From a bacterium (GTDB lineage: Bacteria; UBA8248): a stretch of 64,000 nt of DNA. Positions within the stretch are counted from its first letter, which is position 1. The number at the start of each line of letters is the position of its first letter. A program made the translations under genes and the position numbers. The stretch is from assembly GCA_965199855.1 (NCBI GenBank), contig OZ241326.1, forward strand, positions 2,594,036 through 2,658,035. The letters run 5' to 3'. Positions 51,874-61,852 of the stretch are shown piece after piece. The notes under the pieces were generated by a model, which saw only the letters and a program-made list of their open reading frames with translations, had not been told where the DNA came from and ran no database searches.

Positions 51874-52608
51874 TCAGCCCCCTTCCGCCTCCAGCAGACG
51901 CGCCGCCAGCGCCAGGTCCTCCGGCGTCGTCACCTTGACGTTACGCGCGCATCCCTCCACGAGCCGCACCCGGACGCCGATGGCCTCGAGAAGCGCCGCC
52001 TCGTCGGTTCCCTCGAACCGCCCGGCCTCGGCCGAGGCCAGCGCGCGGGCGAGCAGCTCCCGGCGGGCGACCTGGGGCGTCTGGGCGAGCCAGAGGCTCT
52101 CGCGCGGCACCGTCCGCTCGATGAAGCCCTCCGCGCCGGCCGCCTTCACCGTATCCGCAACGCGCGCGGCCGCTATGCTTGCGCCCGTCCCGGCTGCGCC
52201 CAGCAGGCAGCGCGCCGTCAGGCCCCCCGGAAGAAGGGGGCGCGCCGCGTCGTGCACGACCACCCAGGCGGCGTCCCCGACGGCGGCCAGCCCGTTCGCC
52301 ACCGAATCCTGGCGGCGCGCGCCGCCCTCGACAACCTCAACGACCGTCTCCAGCCCGTGGGGAAGCGGGGGCGGCTCCGACCCGGAGGGAATCGCCAGAA
52401 CGATTCGCCCGACCAGCCCCTCGCCCGCGATCCGCAAAAGCGCGTGGTGGAACAGGGGCCTTCCCGCCAGCTCCCGAAACTGCTTCTCCACCGCTCCGGG
52501 CAGGCGCGAGCCTCTGCCCGCGGCGAGAACGACGGCCGCCGTCTCCTCCGGCTTCGGGAGGGAGGAGGACGCGCGTTCAGGCGCCGTTTCTCGCAAGCCC
52601 CGCTTCAT
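51874..52608 (-). CDS. ispD: 2-C-methyl-D-erythritol 4-phosphate cytidylyltransferase
   Basis: 244 aa; VVLAAGRGSRL, VVVHDAARPLL. Confidence 0.9.
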   Translation of the reverse strand: MKRGLRETAPERASSSLPKPEETAAVVLAAGRGSRLPGAVEKQFRELAGRPLFHHALLRIAGEGLVGRIVLAIPSGSEPPPLPHGLETVVEVVEGGARRQDSVANGLAAVGDAAWVVVHDAARPLLPGGLTARCLLGAAGTGASIAAARVADTVKAAGAEGFIERTVPRESLWLAQTPQVARRELLARALASAEAGRFEGTDEAALLEAIGVRVRLVEGCARNVKVTTPEDLALAARLLEAEGG

Positions 52609-53650
52609 CCCGTATTTTCGTGAAAATCATCCGCCCGGCGGTCGTCTGCAGAACGCTCGTCACCGAGACGGACACCTGCTCGCCGATGCGCTCGCGCGCG
52701 TGATCCACCACCACCATCGTGCCGTCGTCCAGGTAGCCCACGCCCTGCCCCGGCTCCTTGCCCTCCTTGACCACGAGCACGCTCATGTCCTCGCCGGGCA
52801 GGACGACCGGCCGCACCGCGTTCGCCAGCTCGTTGACGTTGAGGACCCGCACCCCCTGAAGCTCCGCCACCTTGTTGAGGTTGAAGTCGTTGGTCATCAC
52901 CGCCCCGCAAAGCTCCTTGCCGAGGAGGACGAGTTTGGTGTCCACCTCCTTCACGCGGGGAAAATCCGTCTCCACGATGCGGATGCCTACCTCCTGGTTC
53001 TCCTGCATCCGCTTCAGGACATCGAGTCCGCGGCGGCCGCGGTTCCGCTTGAGGGAATCGGAGGAATCCGCGATCTGCTGCAGCTCCTTCAGCACGAAGC
53101 GGGGCAGCACCAGGGGGCCCTCGACGAAGCCCGCCTCGCAGACGTCCGCGACGCGCCCGTCGATGATGACGCTGGTGTCGAGAATTTTCGGGTGAGCGCG
53201 CCTCTCCCCGGGCGCCTCGTCCGGTTCCGGGGAGAGGCGGGGCGCGCATCGGCTCCCCGCCGCCGCGCCGGAAAAAGCGCCCGTCCAGGCGAGGAGCAGT
53301 CCGACGGAGGCGGAGGCCATGGGCCGCGCCGCGGCCGGAATCGCCTCGCCCGCGACGCCGAGGAGCAGCCAGGACGCCGCCAGGCCGACCAGCAGGCCCG
53401 CCGCCGCCCCCGCCAGCGCGCCGACTCCGAGTCGGGCGAGCTCCCGCGCGATTCCCCAGCAGGCGGCGCCCGCCAGAACGCCGGCCGCCGCGCCGACCGC
53501 GGCGCCGTGGGCGCTCATCAGCGCCTCGCCCGCTCCCGCGCCCAATCCTCCGCACAGGAGGAGGAGCAAAACGCCCGAAACGAGGGCGGGACGCCCGGGC
53601 GCCCCGCCGCCGGGCGACGCGTTCGTCGTGCTCTTCACAGGATCCTTCAT
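52577..53650 (-). CDS. PIN/TRAM domain protein (YacL-like), N-terminal membrane region
   Basis: Listed ORF trimmed to MKDPVKST...; Gly/Ala-rich TM segments then PIN (ILDTSVIIDGRV) and C-terminal TRAM-like domain; conserved yacL-ispD-ispF neighbourhood. Confidence 0.7.
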   Translation of the reverse strand: MKDPVKSTTNASPGGGAPGRPALVSGVLLLLLCGGLGAGAGEALMSAHGAAVGAAAGVLAGAACWGIARELARLGVGALAGAAAGLLVGLAASWLLLGVAGEAIPAAARPMASASVGLLLAWTGAFSGAAAGSRCAPRLSPEPDEAPGERRAHPKILDTSVIIDGRVADVCEAGFVEGPLVLPRFVLKELQQIADSSDSLKRNRGRRGLDVLKRMQENQEVGIRIVETDFPRVKEVDTKLVLLGKELCGAVMTNDFNLNKVAELQGVRVLNVNELANAVRPVVLPGEDMSVLVVKEGKEPGQGVGYLDDGTMVVVDHARERIGEQVSVSVTSVLQTTAGRMIFTKIRDEAGLARNGA

Positions 53651-53696
53651 GCGCTTCTCCCGCCGTGTCTTATGGATAAGAAAACGCCGTGAACGG

Positions 53697-54182
53697 CTAT
53701 CTTTCATCCAGAACGTAATCTCCGCTTTTTCCGCCCGTTTTCCGCGCGAGCCGGATGTCCCCGAGAACCATGCCCTTGTCCACCGCCTTGCACATGTCGT
53801 AGACCGTGAGGCCGGCCACGCCCACGGCCGTGAGCGCCTCCATCTCCACCCCCGTCCGATCCTCGGCGCGGACGGCGGCCTCGATGCGGAGCAGGCCCGC
53901 CGGCTCATCGGCCGAGAAATTCAGCTCCACGCTCGATACGCGGAGCGGGTGGCACATCGGGATGAGGCTCGCGCACCCCTTCGCCGCCATGACGCCCGCC
54001 ACGCGCGCCGTCCCCAGCACGTCGCCCTTGGGGATTCCGCCGTCCAGGATGAGGCGCAGGGTCTCCGGCGCCATCTCCAGCCGGCCGCGCGCCACGGCCT
54101 CCCGGCGGGTGACGGGCTTGCCCCCCACGTCCACCATTCGGGCGCGCCCCTTTTCATCCAGATGAGAGAGTTCGCGAGCCAT
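53697..54182 (-). CDS. moaC: Cyclic pyranopterin monophosphate synthase accessory protein MoaC
   Basis: 161 aa; HLDEKGRARMVDVGGKPVTRREA..., MCHPL motif. Confidence 0.9.
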   Translation of the reverse strand: MARELSHLDEKGRARMVDVGGKPVTRREAVARGRLEMAPETLRLILDGGIPKGDVLGTARVAGVMAAKGCASLIPMCHPLRVSSVELNFSADEPAGLLRIEAAVRAEDRTGVEMEALTAVGVAGLTVYDMCKAVDKGMVLGDIRLARKTGGKSGDYVLDER

Positions 54183-54285
54183 CGGACGCCACGCGCCTCC
54201 AGCGCGGTTTCGGGGAAGCCCCGCAAAGCGGGCGGTTCCGCGTTCACCGAAGGCGCATCATACAACAGGGGGAGGAAACGGAAAA

Positions 54286-54355
54286 GGCGCGGGCTCGCGA
54301 AGCGCGCCGCTTCGCCCGATTTCGCCGCGGGGGGAGCTACGGGGCGTCAGGCCAG
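54286..54355. repeat. Conserved intergenic repeat, copy A (core 54311..54346)
   Basis: Shares GGCGCGGGCT...[variable hairpin]...TTCGCCCGATTTCGCCGCGGGGGGAGCTACGGGGCG..GGCCAG with copy B (33/36 identity in core); lies immediately 3' of the ligase-family gene stop. Confidence 0.6.
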
Positions 54356-55648
54356 CGAGGAGCAGAGGGCCTCGTCCGCTTCGCCCGCATTCCCGGCATT
54401 TCCCGCGAAGGGCAGCGCGAGCGCGAGAAACGCGGTCATCACCACCTCGGAATCGCCGAAGTTATACTCGAACATGCCAGCGCTCAGAAAACCCGCCGCC
54501 ACGGCGAGACCGCTCACAATCCGGAATCGCGCGACAAAGGGGCCGTCCCTCGCGTGACGGAGTCTGCGGATCACCAGAACGAAATACCCGATCCAGAGCC
54601 ATATCCACGCGGCGAGGGTGAGAGCCCCCCGCTCGGCGGCGAGGTTCATCAGGTTGTTGTGCAGATGACCCCGCGCTTTCACTCTCGCCCCGGGGTTCGC
54701 GTATGGCGCGAAGTTGCGCTTGATCTGGGCGGGTCCGACGCCAAGAAACTTCTTGTCCATCCACATTCGGAAGCCGCTTTCCCACATATACAGACGCTCC
54801 GCGGCCGATTCTTCCCACGGGTTCAGGATGTTTTTCGCACGCTGGCGCATCGGCTGGGGCGCCATAAACGCCACCAGCAAAACCAGCAATATCAAAAACA
54901 GGACTGCTTCTCTGCTTTTGTTCGCGGCGGCAATGACAACCACGCCAACGGCGAAGCCGACCCACGCATGGCGGCACAGGGAAACCGCGAGCGCGGCGAC
55001 GATGAGCGAGATCACAAGCCAAATCCCCACCCCCGCCCGCCTCCAACCGAGAGTAAATGCGTATGAAAGCGGCAGGAGGCCCACCACGAGCAAAAAGCCG
55101 CCAAACGTCATGGGATTGCTGAAAAAGCCCGCCCCTCGATTCATCGACGGCCCAAGGGCCTGCAACGAAGCGAAGAGGGCATACGAAGCGGCTACGCCCA
55201 CGGCGATGAGGAGCAGCCGCAACAGCCAGAGGGCCTCCCGCTCGTCTTCCAAGACGTTCATCGCCAGATAAAAAATCAGTATCTGGGTCAGTTCCCTGGT
55301 CTTGACGAGGCTCTCGACAGGAGCGGCGGAATGAAGCGCGCTCGCAAGGGTCAAAAGCGCGAAAAGAAGCCAAGGCTTCCACAAAGGCAACTTCAGGGTC
55401 CGCGAGGGGGCCTCCCTGACGATGGAAGCCAGCCACGCCGCGATGGCCGTGAAGACGCAAATCTGGGCGAGCGATATCGAAAACGGGACGCAGACGGCGA
55501 AGCCCAAAAGCCCGCCGAACGCCAGTCTGGAGAGCGGCGCGCGCTTCCCGAAGTGAACTCGTAGCCTCGCGGAAAGGTTGCTCGACAGCACCGCCACGCC
55601 TCCTTTGAAGCGTTGATGCGACGCCGCCGCACCCGCGAGGGCGGCCAT
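54347..55648 (-). CDS. O-antigen ligase/polymerase family (Wzy_C-like) integral membrane protein
   Basis: 433 aa, ~10-12 TM segments; family call from membrane topology pattern only. Confidence 0.55.
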   Translation of the reverse strand: MAALAGAAASHQRFKGGVAVLSSNLSARLRVHFGKRAPLSRLAFGGLLGFAVCVPFSISLAQICVFTAIAAWLASIVREAPSRTLKLPLWKPWLLFALLTLASALHSAAPVESLVKTRELTQILIFYLAMNVLEDEREALWLLRLLLIAVGVAASYALFASLQALGPSMNRGAGFFSNPMTFGGFLLVVGLLPLSYAFTLGWRRAGVGIWLVISLIVAALAVSLCRHAWVGFAVGVVVIAAANKSREAVLFLILLVLLVAFMAPQPMRQRAKNILNPWEESAAERLYMWESGFRMWMDKKFLGVGPAQIKRNFAPYANPGARVKARGHLHNNLMNLAAERGALTLAAWIWLWIGYFVLVIRRLRHARDGPFVARFRIVSGLAVAAGFLSAGMFEYNFGDSEVVMTAFLALALPFAGNAGNAGEADEALCSSLA

Positions 55649-56151
55649 CGGTTCCCGTCCATTCTTCTTTCGCCGCTCCCGGCGCGAGTGGAACCTTCCA
55701 TGCGGAGCGAGAGGGTTCAGTCATGCGGCACAGGTCAGGGCTCCCGTCCATAGAAGCGGAGCAGAACGACATAGATCAGAGCGGCCCAAAAAACGACTCG
55801 AAGAAATATAATAGACTCTCTCCCCAAAAATAAAACAGGATGGCGAGATACAAAATCAAAACCCAGAAAGCGAGTTGGAGAACCCGCACGTTAGAAGCTG
55901 CCGCGGTGAACGCCGATCCAGAATATGAAGCTTTCCGCCACGGCGAACGGAGGAGCCGCATCCATCTTTCTCTCCTCAATCGTGAAAGCGTCCGGCGTCC
56001 AGACGCAGTCCGGGCCGGTTGGCACACAATCCACGATTGAGAAGTGGGTTCCCGCCTATTCCGACTCCTGGGGGGAGCCGTCTTGTATTCGGCGAGCGAC
56101 CCGAAATCGAACCGCTCGTGGATCATGTGCCGGGGAGAATAATGCTTGGCG

Positions 56152-56234
56152 GGCGCGGGCTTGTCAAGCGGAGATGGATGCGAAATAAGCGGTTTCGCCC
56201 GATTTCGTCGCGGAAGGAGCTACGGGGCGGCCAG
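56152..56234. repeat. Conserved intergenic repeat, copy B (core 56194..56229)
   Basis: Same head (GGCGCGGGCT), variable GCGAAA...TTTCGC hairpin, same core and GGCCAG tail as copy A; ~70 nt 3' of dcd stop. Confidence 0.6.
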
Positions 56235-56305
56235 TGCGGTCGGGAACTCCTGTTCGCTGAACACCAGGCGGAACGCGCCGCGGACGGGGCCGTCGCGCGC
56301 GCGCC

Positions 56306-56860
56306 CTACAGCTTCGCCAGGGTGAGGCCCTGCTGCTTCTGGTATTTGCCCTTCTTGTCGGCGTAGGAGGTGGCGCACTCCTCGTCGCTCTCGAAGAAGA
56401 GCACCTGGGCTATTCCCTCGTTCGCGTAGATTTTGGCGGGGAGCGGGGTGGTGTTCGACACCTCGAGGGTGACGAAGCCCTCCCACTCCGGCTCGAAGGG
56501 GGTGACGTTGACGATGATGCCGCAGCGCGCGTAGGTGCTCTTTCCCACGCAGACGGTGAGCACGCTGCGGGGGATGCGGAAATACTCCACCGTCCGCGCG
56601 AGCGCGAAGGAGTTGGGCGGGATGACGCAGGTCTCCGCCTTCACGCGGACGAGGGAGCGATCGTCGAAGTTCTTCGGGTCCACGATGGTGGAGTTCACGT
56701 TCGTGAAGATCATGAACTCGTCGGCGATGCGGATGTCGTAGCCGTAGGAAGAGACGCCGTAGGAGATGGCGCCGCCGCGCACCTGCCTGTCCTCAAAGGG
56801 CTCGATCATGCCGCGCTCGCGCGCCATTTTGGCGATCCACCTGTCCGGCTTGATCGACAT
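56306..56860 (-). CDS. dcd: dCTP deaminase
   Basis: Listed ORF trimmed to [45 protein letters not shown]... (184 aa). Confidence 0.9.
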   Translation of the reverse strand: MSIKPDRWIAKMARERGMIEPFEDRQVRGGAISYGVSSYGYDIRIADEFMIFTNVNSTIVDPKNFDDRSLVRVKAETCVIPPNSFALARTVEYFRIPRSVLTVCVGKSTYARCGIIVNVTPFEPEWEGFVTLEVSNTTPLPAKIYANEGIAQVLFFESDEECATSYADKKGKYQKQQGLTLAKL

Positions 56861-56947
56861 CGCGCCCCCCGCCCCCGGCGCTGTGAAACGCGGCGCAAAA
56901 GCATCCGGGGGCGAAGGGAGGCCAACTCCCCCCGCCCCCAGAAAGAC

Positions 56948-57010
56948 CGCCCTCGTCCGCCCGAAACGAGGGCGATTCTCCCGCTCGCCGGCTCCGATGA
57001 AGCCGGCGAG
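56948..57010 (-). promoter_or_regulatory. Structured 5' leader of dcd: two strong GC hairpins, the second followed by UCUUUCU (attenuator-like)
   Basis: Minus-sense CUCGCCGGCU(ucaucgg)AGCCGGCGAG and CGCCCUCGU(uucgggcgg)ACGAGGGCG + UCUUUCU within a ~190-nt leader. Confidence 0.35.
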
Positions 57011-57051
57011 GCGTCGGGATTCGCATCTGAAATCCGCACTCGGAACGAAAG

Positions 57052-57081
57052 GATATAAACACAAGATGTTGCGCCGCGTCA
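57052..57081 (-). promoter_or_regulatory. Candidate dcd promoter (TTGACG-N18-TTATAT)
   Basis: rc of 57076-57081 = TTGACG; rc of 57052-57057 = TTATAT. Confidence 0.4.
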
Positions 57082-57197
57082 ACGCTTTTCGAGGGGAAAA
57101 ACACAATTTCTTGTGGACAGTTCGCGCAAAACCTGGGGATATCCCGGGGGAGAACCTGTGAAAAAAGCGTGGAAAAAGAAGCCCCGGAGCGCGGCGC

Positions 57198-58052
57198 CTA
57201 CCGGAACCTCTCCGCGTGAACCTCGACTTTGGCCGCCTCGCGCAGCTTGCGGATGAGCGCCTCGTATTTCTCCCGGCGCCTGAGCTCCGAATACAGGAGC
57301 TTCACGTCGCTTTCGACGTCCTCGAATTCCGCGTCCGACGCCCCGACGCGCTCCGTGACCCGTATCACCTGCCAGCCCGCCGAGGTCTTGATCGGCTCGC
57401 TCGGCTGGCCGACGGGCAGGCGGAACGCGGCCTCCTCCAGCGCCTTCTCCAGCGCCCCCCGCTCGGCCGTGCCCATCATCCCGCCCGAATCGCGCGTGGA
57501 CTCGAAGATGGAGCGCCGCCGCGCCACCTGCGCGAAAGGAACCCCTCGCCTCAGTTCGGCGACGGCGTCCCACGCCTCCCGCTCCGTTTTCAGCACGATG
57601 TGGCCCAGGGTCACCGACTCCTTGCGCCGGAAGCGCTCCCTGTTGGCGAGGAAGAAATCCCGCAGCTGCTGATCGGACGCTTCCTCCTTCTCCAACCCCC
57701 GATTCAGGAGCCGCTCGATGACGAGCCTGCGCCTCAGACTCTCCACCTTCCGCCGGATTTCGGGCGAGGCGTCCATGCGCCGCCGAATCGCCTCCTGATA
57801 CAGGAGCTCCCCCTGGACGAGGCCATCCAGAAACCGCCCCTTGTTCTCGCGGATGCGGATGCGGACGGCGGGGGCGAGCAGCTTCAGCCTCTCCTCTATA
57901 TCCTTCAGGGTGATTTTCTTCTCGTTCACCTCGATGACGACCGCGTTCGCGTCCCGGGTTGGCGCGCCGCTCTTCTCCTGCGCGTCCCCGGCGGGCGCGC
58001 CTCCCAGCAGCAGGGCCGCCGCCGCGAGCGCGGGCGCTTTTTTCACGTTCAT
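57198..58052 (-). CDS. Peptidyl-prolyl cis-trans isomerase, parvulin/SurA-PrsA family, with signal peptide
   Basis: Trimmed to [22 protein letters not shown]... signal peptide; C-terminal parvulin-like region. Confidence 0.65.
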   Translation of the reverse strand: MNVKKAPALAAAALLLGGAPAGDAQEKSGAPTRDANAVVIEVNEKKITLKDIEERLKLLAPAVRIRIRENKGRFLDGLVQGELLYQEAIRRRMDASPEIRRKVESLRRRLVIERLLNRGLEKEEASDQQLRDFFLANRERFRRKESVTLGHIVLKTEREAWDAVAELRRGVPFAQVARRRSIFESTRDSGGMMGTAERGALEKALEEAAFRLPVGQPSEPIKTSAGWQVIRVTERVGASDAEFEDVESDVKLLYSELRRREKYEALIRKLREAAKVEVHAERFR

Positions 58053-58145
58053 CCGATCCCGCTCCCCATCATCGCGCGAAAGTCGAAAGCCAAGGTCAAT
58101 ATACGAACAAACGGCGCGGAACAAAAACGCCGATCCGCTCCCCCC

Positions 58146-59111
58146 TCACGCGAAATACGCGAACATCACGAACAGATAGCCCGCATACGCGGAAAGCAGG
58201 GCGAACCCCGCCCCGCGCCCCACGCCGCGCCTCCACAGGGCGAGAGACAGGAACAGAAGCATCAGCAGCAGCATGAAGGGAAAATCGAGAACGAACGACT
58301 GCCGCTCGACCCCCAGGGGCGCGACGAGGGACGCCCCGCCGAGCACCCAGGCGATGTTCAGGACGTTCGCCCCCATCACGTTGCCGACGGCGATGTCCCC
58401 GTGCCCGCGCAAAGAGGCGGAAACGGCCGTGACCAGCTCGGGCAGCGACGTGCCGACGGCGACGAGCGTAAGCCCGATGACCAGCTCGGGAACGCCCATG
58501 GCGCGCGCCAGATGCGCGGCGTTCTGCACGAGCAGGACGCTGCCGGAGACGACCAGAGCCGCCCCGGCCGCGAACCGCGGCCCGACGCCGCGCTCGCCTC
58601 CCGCGCTCGCCGCCTCGCCGGCGCTCCCGGAGTTCGCCCGCCTCGCCCGCCTCATGCCGAACCACAGATACGAAAGCGCCAGGACGAACAGGAGCAGCCC
58701 CTCCGCGGCGCCGAGCTCCGCGTCGCGCCCCAGCAGAACCAGCAGGACGCCCAGCGCGAGCATGAAGGCGCCCTCGGGCGCGACGTCCTCCCTGGCGAGG
58801 GCGACGGGCGCGATGAGGGAGGCGACCGCCAGAATCAGCCCGATGTTGCAGATGGTGGAGCCGACCGCGTTCCCCATCGAGGTGGCCGGATGCCCCAGCC
58901 AGGCCGCGATGACGGAGACGCTGAACTCCGGGGCCGTCGTCGCCAGACTCACCAGGGTGGCGCCGACGACGACCTTGGGAATTCCCGTGACGCGGGCGAC
59001 GCCCACCGCGCCGGCGGTGAACCAGTCGGCGCCTTTCGCTATGACGAGAATTCCCGCGGAAAACAGGAGGAGATTCGCCCAGAGAGGCAAACCCGCAAAC
59101 CAGGCTTCCAT
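58146..59111 (-). CDS. Ca2+/Na+ antiporter (CaCA family, YrbG-like)
   Basis: 321 aa; duplicated alpha-repeat motifs GATLVSLATTAPE and GLTLVAVGTSLPEL. Confidence 0.8.
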   Translation of the reverse strand: MEAWFAGLPLWANLLLFSAGILVIAKGADWFTAGAVGVARVTGIPKVVVGATLVSLATTAPEFSVSVIAAWLGHPATSMGNAVGSTICNIGLILAVASLIAPVALAREDVAPEGAFMLALGVLLVLLGRDAELGAAEGLLLFVLALSYLWFGMRRARRANSGSAGEAASAGGERGVGPRFAAGAALVVSGSVLLVQNAAHLARAMGVPELVIGLTLVAVGTSLPELVTAVSASLRGHGDIAVGNVMGANVLNIAWVLGGASLVAPLGVERQSFVLDFPFMLLLMLLFLSLALWRRGVGRGAGFALLSAYAGYLFVMFAYFA

Positions 59112-59163
59112 GCTCAGGAGGCGTCCTTCACTCGGGCGGGGAGGGCGCGCCGCGGACGGGCGG

Positions 59164-59949
59164 CTACCTGCCCTCGAACCTGGGCTCGCGCTTCTCCCGA
59201 AACGCGGCGAGTCCTTCCTGAAAATCCCGGCTGGCGCTCGTCTCGGCCTGCGCCGCCGCCTCCGCGCGAAGCGCCGCGCCCACGTCCAGGCCGCCCGACT
59301 GGCGAACCAGCCTCTTCGCCGCCCGAAGCGCGAGGGAGGGGCCCTCGGCGAGTTTGCGGCCGAGCGCCATCGCCTCCTCCATGAGCGACTCGTCCGGATG
59401 CACGGAGCGGACGAGGCCGATGGAGAGCGCCGTCCGCGCGTCGACGCTCTCGCCCGTCAATATCATCTCCAGGGCTTTCGCGGCGCCCGCGACGCGCGGC
59501 AGGAAAAACGTGCCCCCGCAGTCCGGCGCCAGCCCCACGTGGCGATACGCCTGCCCGAACGACGCGCTCGCCCCCGCCAGACGAATGTCGCAGGCCAGGG
59601 CGATGTCGCATCCCGCGCCCACGGCGAAGCCGTTGACCGCCGCCACCGTCGGGCACCGAACCTCGTAGAGGCGCGCCAGGGAACTCTGGTAGTCCGGCCA
59701 GAGGAACTCTTCCATTCGCTCGCCCGCCCCGACGCGCTCCTCGATTTCCCGCAGGTCCCCGCCCGCGGAGAAGGCGCGCCCCGCGCCGGTCAAAACCATC
59801 GCGCGGATGTCGGGTTCGTCGCATCTCTCGCAGACCTCGCGCAGCGCGCGCGCCATCTCGCGGTTCAGGGCGTTCAGCGCGTCGGGACGGTTCAGCCGCG
59901 CGACGGCCAGGCCGCCTTCTTTCTCGAAGCTTATGGCTTCCCATGTCAT
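59164..59949 (-). CDS. Enoyl-CoA hydratase/isomerase (crotonase) family protein
   Basis: Trimmed to MTWEAISFEKEGGLAVARLNRPDALNAL...; oxyanion-hole motifs. Confidence 0.8.
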   Translation of the reverse strand: MTWEAISFEKEGGLAVARLNRPDALNALNREMARALREVCERCDEPDIRAMVLTGAGRAFSAGGDLREIEERVGAGERMEEFLWPDYQSSLARLYEVRCPTVAAVNGFAVGAGCDIALACDIRLAGASASFGQAYRHVGLAPDCGGTFFLPRVAGAAKALEMILTGESVDARTALSIGLVRSVHPDESLMEEAMALGRKLAEGPSLALRAAKRLVRQSGGLDVGAALRAEAAAQAETSASRDFQEGLAAFREKREPRFEGR

Positions 59950-60110
59950 TATGCTATGCTTCCCTGCCCGGCGGCGGCGACGGATTGTCACTTTCCCTAC
60001 AATATGGCATATAATCGCCGGATGGAAGGAGAGGAGCGACCGCGGCCGGAAAAAGCGACGGCCACCTTCGCGGGCGGCGCGGTGATCGCCCGGCGAACTT
60101 CCGCTCGGCC

Positions 60111-60767
60111 ATGAGGACGGGAAGCCCGATTCAGGAGCGCAAAGTGGAATCGCCAGACGCCGTCGTCAAGATATACGACCGTTGGGGGAAATTCTACGAC
60201 TTTGTATTCAAGCACGTCTTCAACGAGGGCAGAAACGTCGGCGTCGATCTGCTCGACCTGAAGCCGAGCGAGAAGCTGCTCGAGGTGGGCGTGGGCACAG
60301 GGCTCTCCCTGCCGCTCTATCCGCGCACCGCCGAGATCGCCGCCATCGACATCTCCTCGAAGATGCTCGAGAAGGCGCGGGAAAAAATCGAGAGGATGGG
60401 CCTCGCCAACGTCCGGCTCGGCGTGATGGACGCGCAGAACATGACCTACGAGGACGACAGCTTCGACTGCGTCATCGCCTGTTACGTGGTGAGCGCGGCG
60501 CCCGATCCGGCCCGGGTCGTCTCGGAAATCTCCCGCGTGTGCAAGCCGGGGGGGCGCATCGTCTTCATCAACCACTTCAAGAGCAACAGCCTTCTCCTGG
60601 CGAAGTTCGAGGAGCTCATCAACGGGGTCTGCAAGAAATTCGGATGGGAGACCACCCTGGACATCGAACCCCTGCTCGAGGCGAACGACATCACCCTCAA
60701 GCGCCAGGAGCGCGTCAACATATTCGACTACTGGCGCGCGGTGCTTTGCATCAACTCCGACAAATAG
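60111..60767 (+). CDS. Class I SAM-dependent methyltransferase (UbiE/COQ5-like)
   Basis: 218 aa; LLEVGVGTGLSL motif I. Confidence 0.75.
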   Translation: MRTGSPIQERKVESPDAVVKIYDRWGKFYDFVFKHVFNEGRNVGVDLLDLKPSEKLLEVGVGTGLSLPLYPRTAEIAAIDISSKMLEKAREKIERMGLANVRLGVMDAQNMTYEDDSFDCVIACYVVSAAPDPARVVSEISRVCKPGGRIVFINHFKSNSLLLAKFEELINGVCKKFGWETTLDIEPLLEANDITLKRQERVNIFDYWRAVLCINSDK

Positions 60768-60839
60768 CCTTCTCGTCCGCTCCCCCGCCCGCCGGAATCT
60801 CCGCGCGCGGCGGCTCCCCCCGCGTCCTCCTCTCCTGAA

Positions 60840-61742
60840 ATGGACTCGAACGCCTACGGCGTGCTGCTGGCCTCGGCCGCCTCGTTCTCCTGGGCGGTGT
60901 TCACCTATTTCATCAAAAGGGCGCTGACGAACGCCCCCGTTCTCAAGATCACAGCGGCCGTTACGACCGCGAACGCCGCGCTCGTGACGCTCATCGCCGC
61001 ATTCTTCGTCCCGGTCGAGGAGGCGTCGCGCGCCGACGCGAGCGCCCTGCTCTTCTGCTTCCTGGCGGGCTTTTTCCACATCGGCATCTCGCGCTCCTTC
61101 TTCTATCGCTCCATCCAGCGCATCGGTCCGAACCGCTCCATCCCCATCGCCCTGACGTATCCCGTCGTCACGGCGTTCGCGGCGTCCTTCGCCCTGGGAG
61201 AGGCGCCGACCGCCTCCATCCTCGCCGGCCTCCTGGTTCTCCTCGGGGGAATCACGCTCATCGTTCAAGCCGAGCCGCCCGCGCCCGCCTCCTCGGAGGC
61301 TCGCGGCGCGAGGTGGAAGCTGTTCGGCTGGCTTTCCGCCGGCGTCACATCGCTCCTCTGGGGCGTGGCCGCCGTGTTCTTCAAGAAGGCGTCCCTGGTT
61401 CTCCACCCGCTCGCCACCGCCTCCATCGCGCTCTGGGTGGGCGCGATGACGGCCTGCCTCCTCGTCCTGCTGGACAGGGGCGAAGAATCGCGGGGCGGCA
61501 TTCCCTCCTCGGCGTGGCGGTGGATTCTCGCCGCCGCCGCGTGCCAGGCGATTGCCGTGCCGCTCTACAACTTCGCGTTCGTCCACGCCCTGGCCGTGCG
61601 CGTGACGGCCATCGTCTCCGCCCAGCCGCTCGTCGTGCTCCTGCTCGGCTGGCTCTTCATGCGCGAGACGGAGAACATCACGCCCCGGCTCGCTTTCGGT
61701 GCGCTTCTCACCGTGGCCGGGACCATCGTCGTCATCACGTAA
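60840..61742 (+). CDS. EamA/DMT-superfamily transporter
   Basis: 300 aa, 10 TM, duplicated EamA halves. Confidence 0.75.
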   Translation: MDSNAYGVLLASAASFSWAVFTYFIKRALTNAPVLKITAAVTTANAALVTLIAAFFVPVEEASRADASALLFCFLAGFFHIGISRSFFYRSIQRIGPNRSIPIALTYPVVTAFAASFALGEAPTASILAGLLVLLGGITLIVQAEPPAPASSEARGARWKLFGWLSAGVTSLLWGVAAVFFKKASLVLHPLATASIALWVGAMTACLLVLLDRGEESRGGIPSSAWRWILAAAACQAIAVPLYNFAFVHALAVRVTAIVSAQPLVVLLLGWLFMRETENITPRLAFGALLTVAGTIVVIT

Positions 61743-61852
61743 GAGCCGCGGAGGCGCGGCTTCTCCCGCCTCATGGAAAGTGTGCTACGCTGGCGCCGCG
61801 GTCTTTCATTCAGGCAGCTTGCCGAAGCCTCATTCCCGGAAGGAGAGCATTC

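Noticed and set aside
52605-53555. 316-aa Arg/Gly-rich minus-strand ORF overlapping the PIN/TRAM gene in another frame, and the long N-terminal extension of ORF 52577..53908
   Set aside because: Low-complexity translation with no domain signal; the real gene starts at the internal Met (MKDPV…), which is followed by the TM/PIN/TRAM architecture.
55776-56126. 116-aa minus-strand ORF in the low-GC gap upstream of the ligase-family gene
   Set aside because: No recognizable fold and a different frame from the adjacent membrane protein; region is more plausibly decayed intergenic DNA. Kept only as context for the repeat finding.
56861-57106. In-frame N-terminal extension of dcd (ORF 56306..57106, 266 aa)
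   Set aside because: Extension is Gly/Pro/Arg-rich with no homology and overlaps the structured leader and promoter; dcd homology begins at MSIKPDRW (56860).
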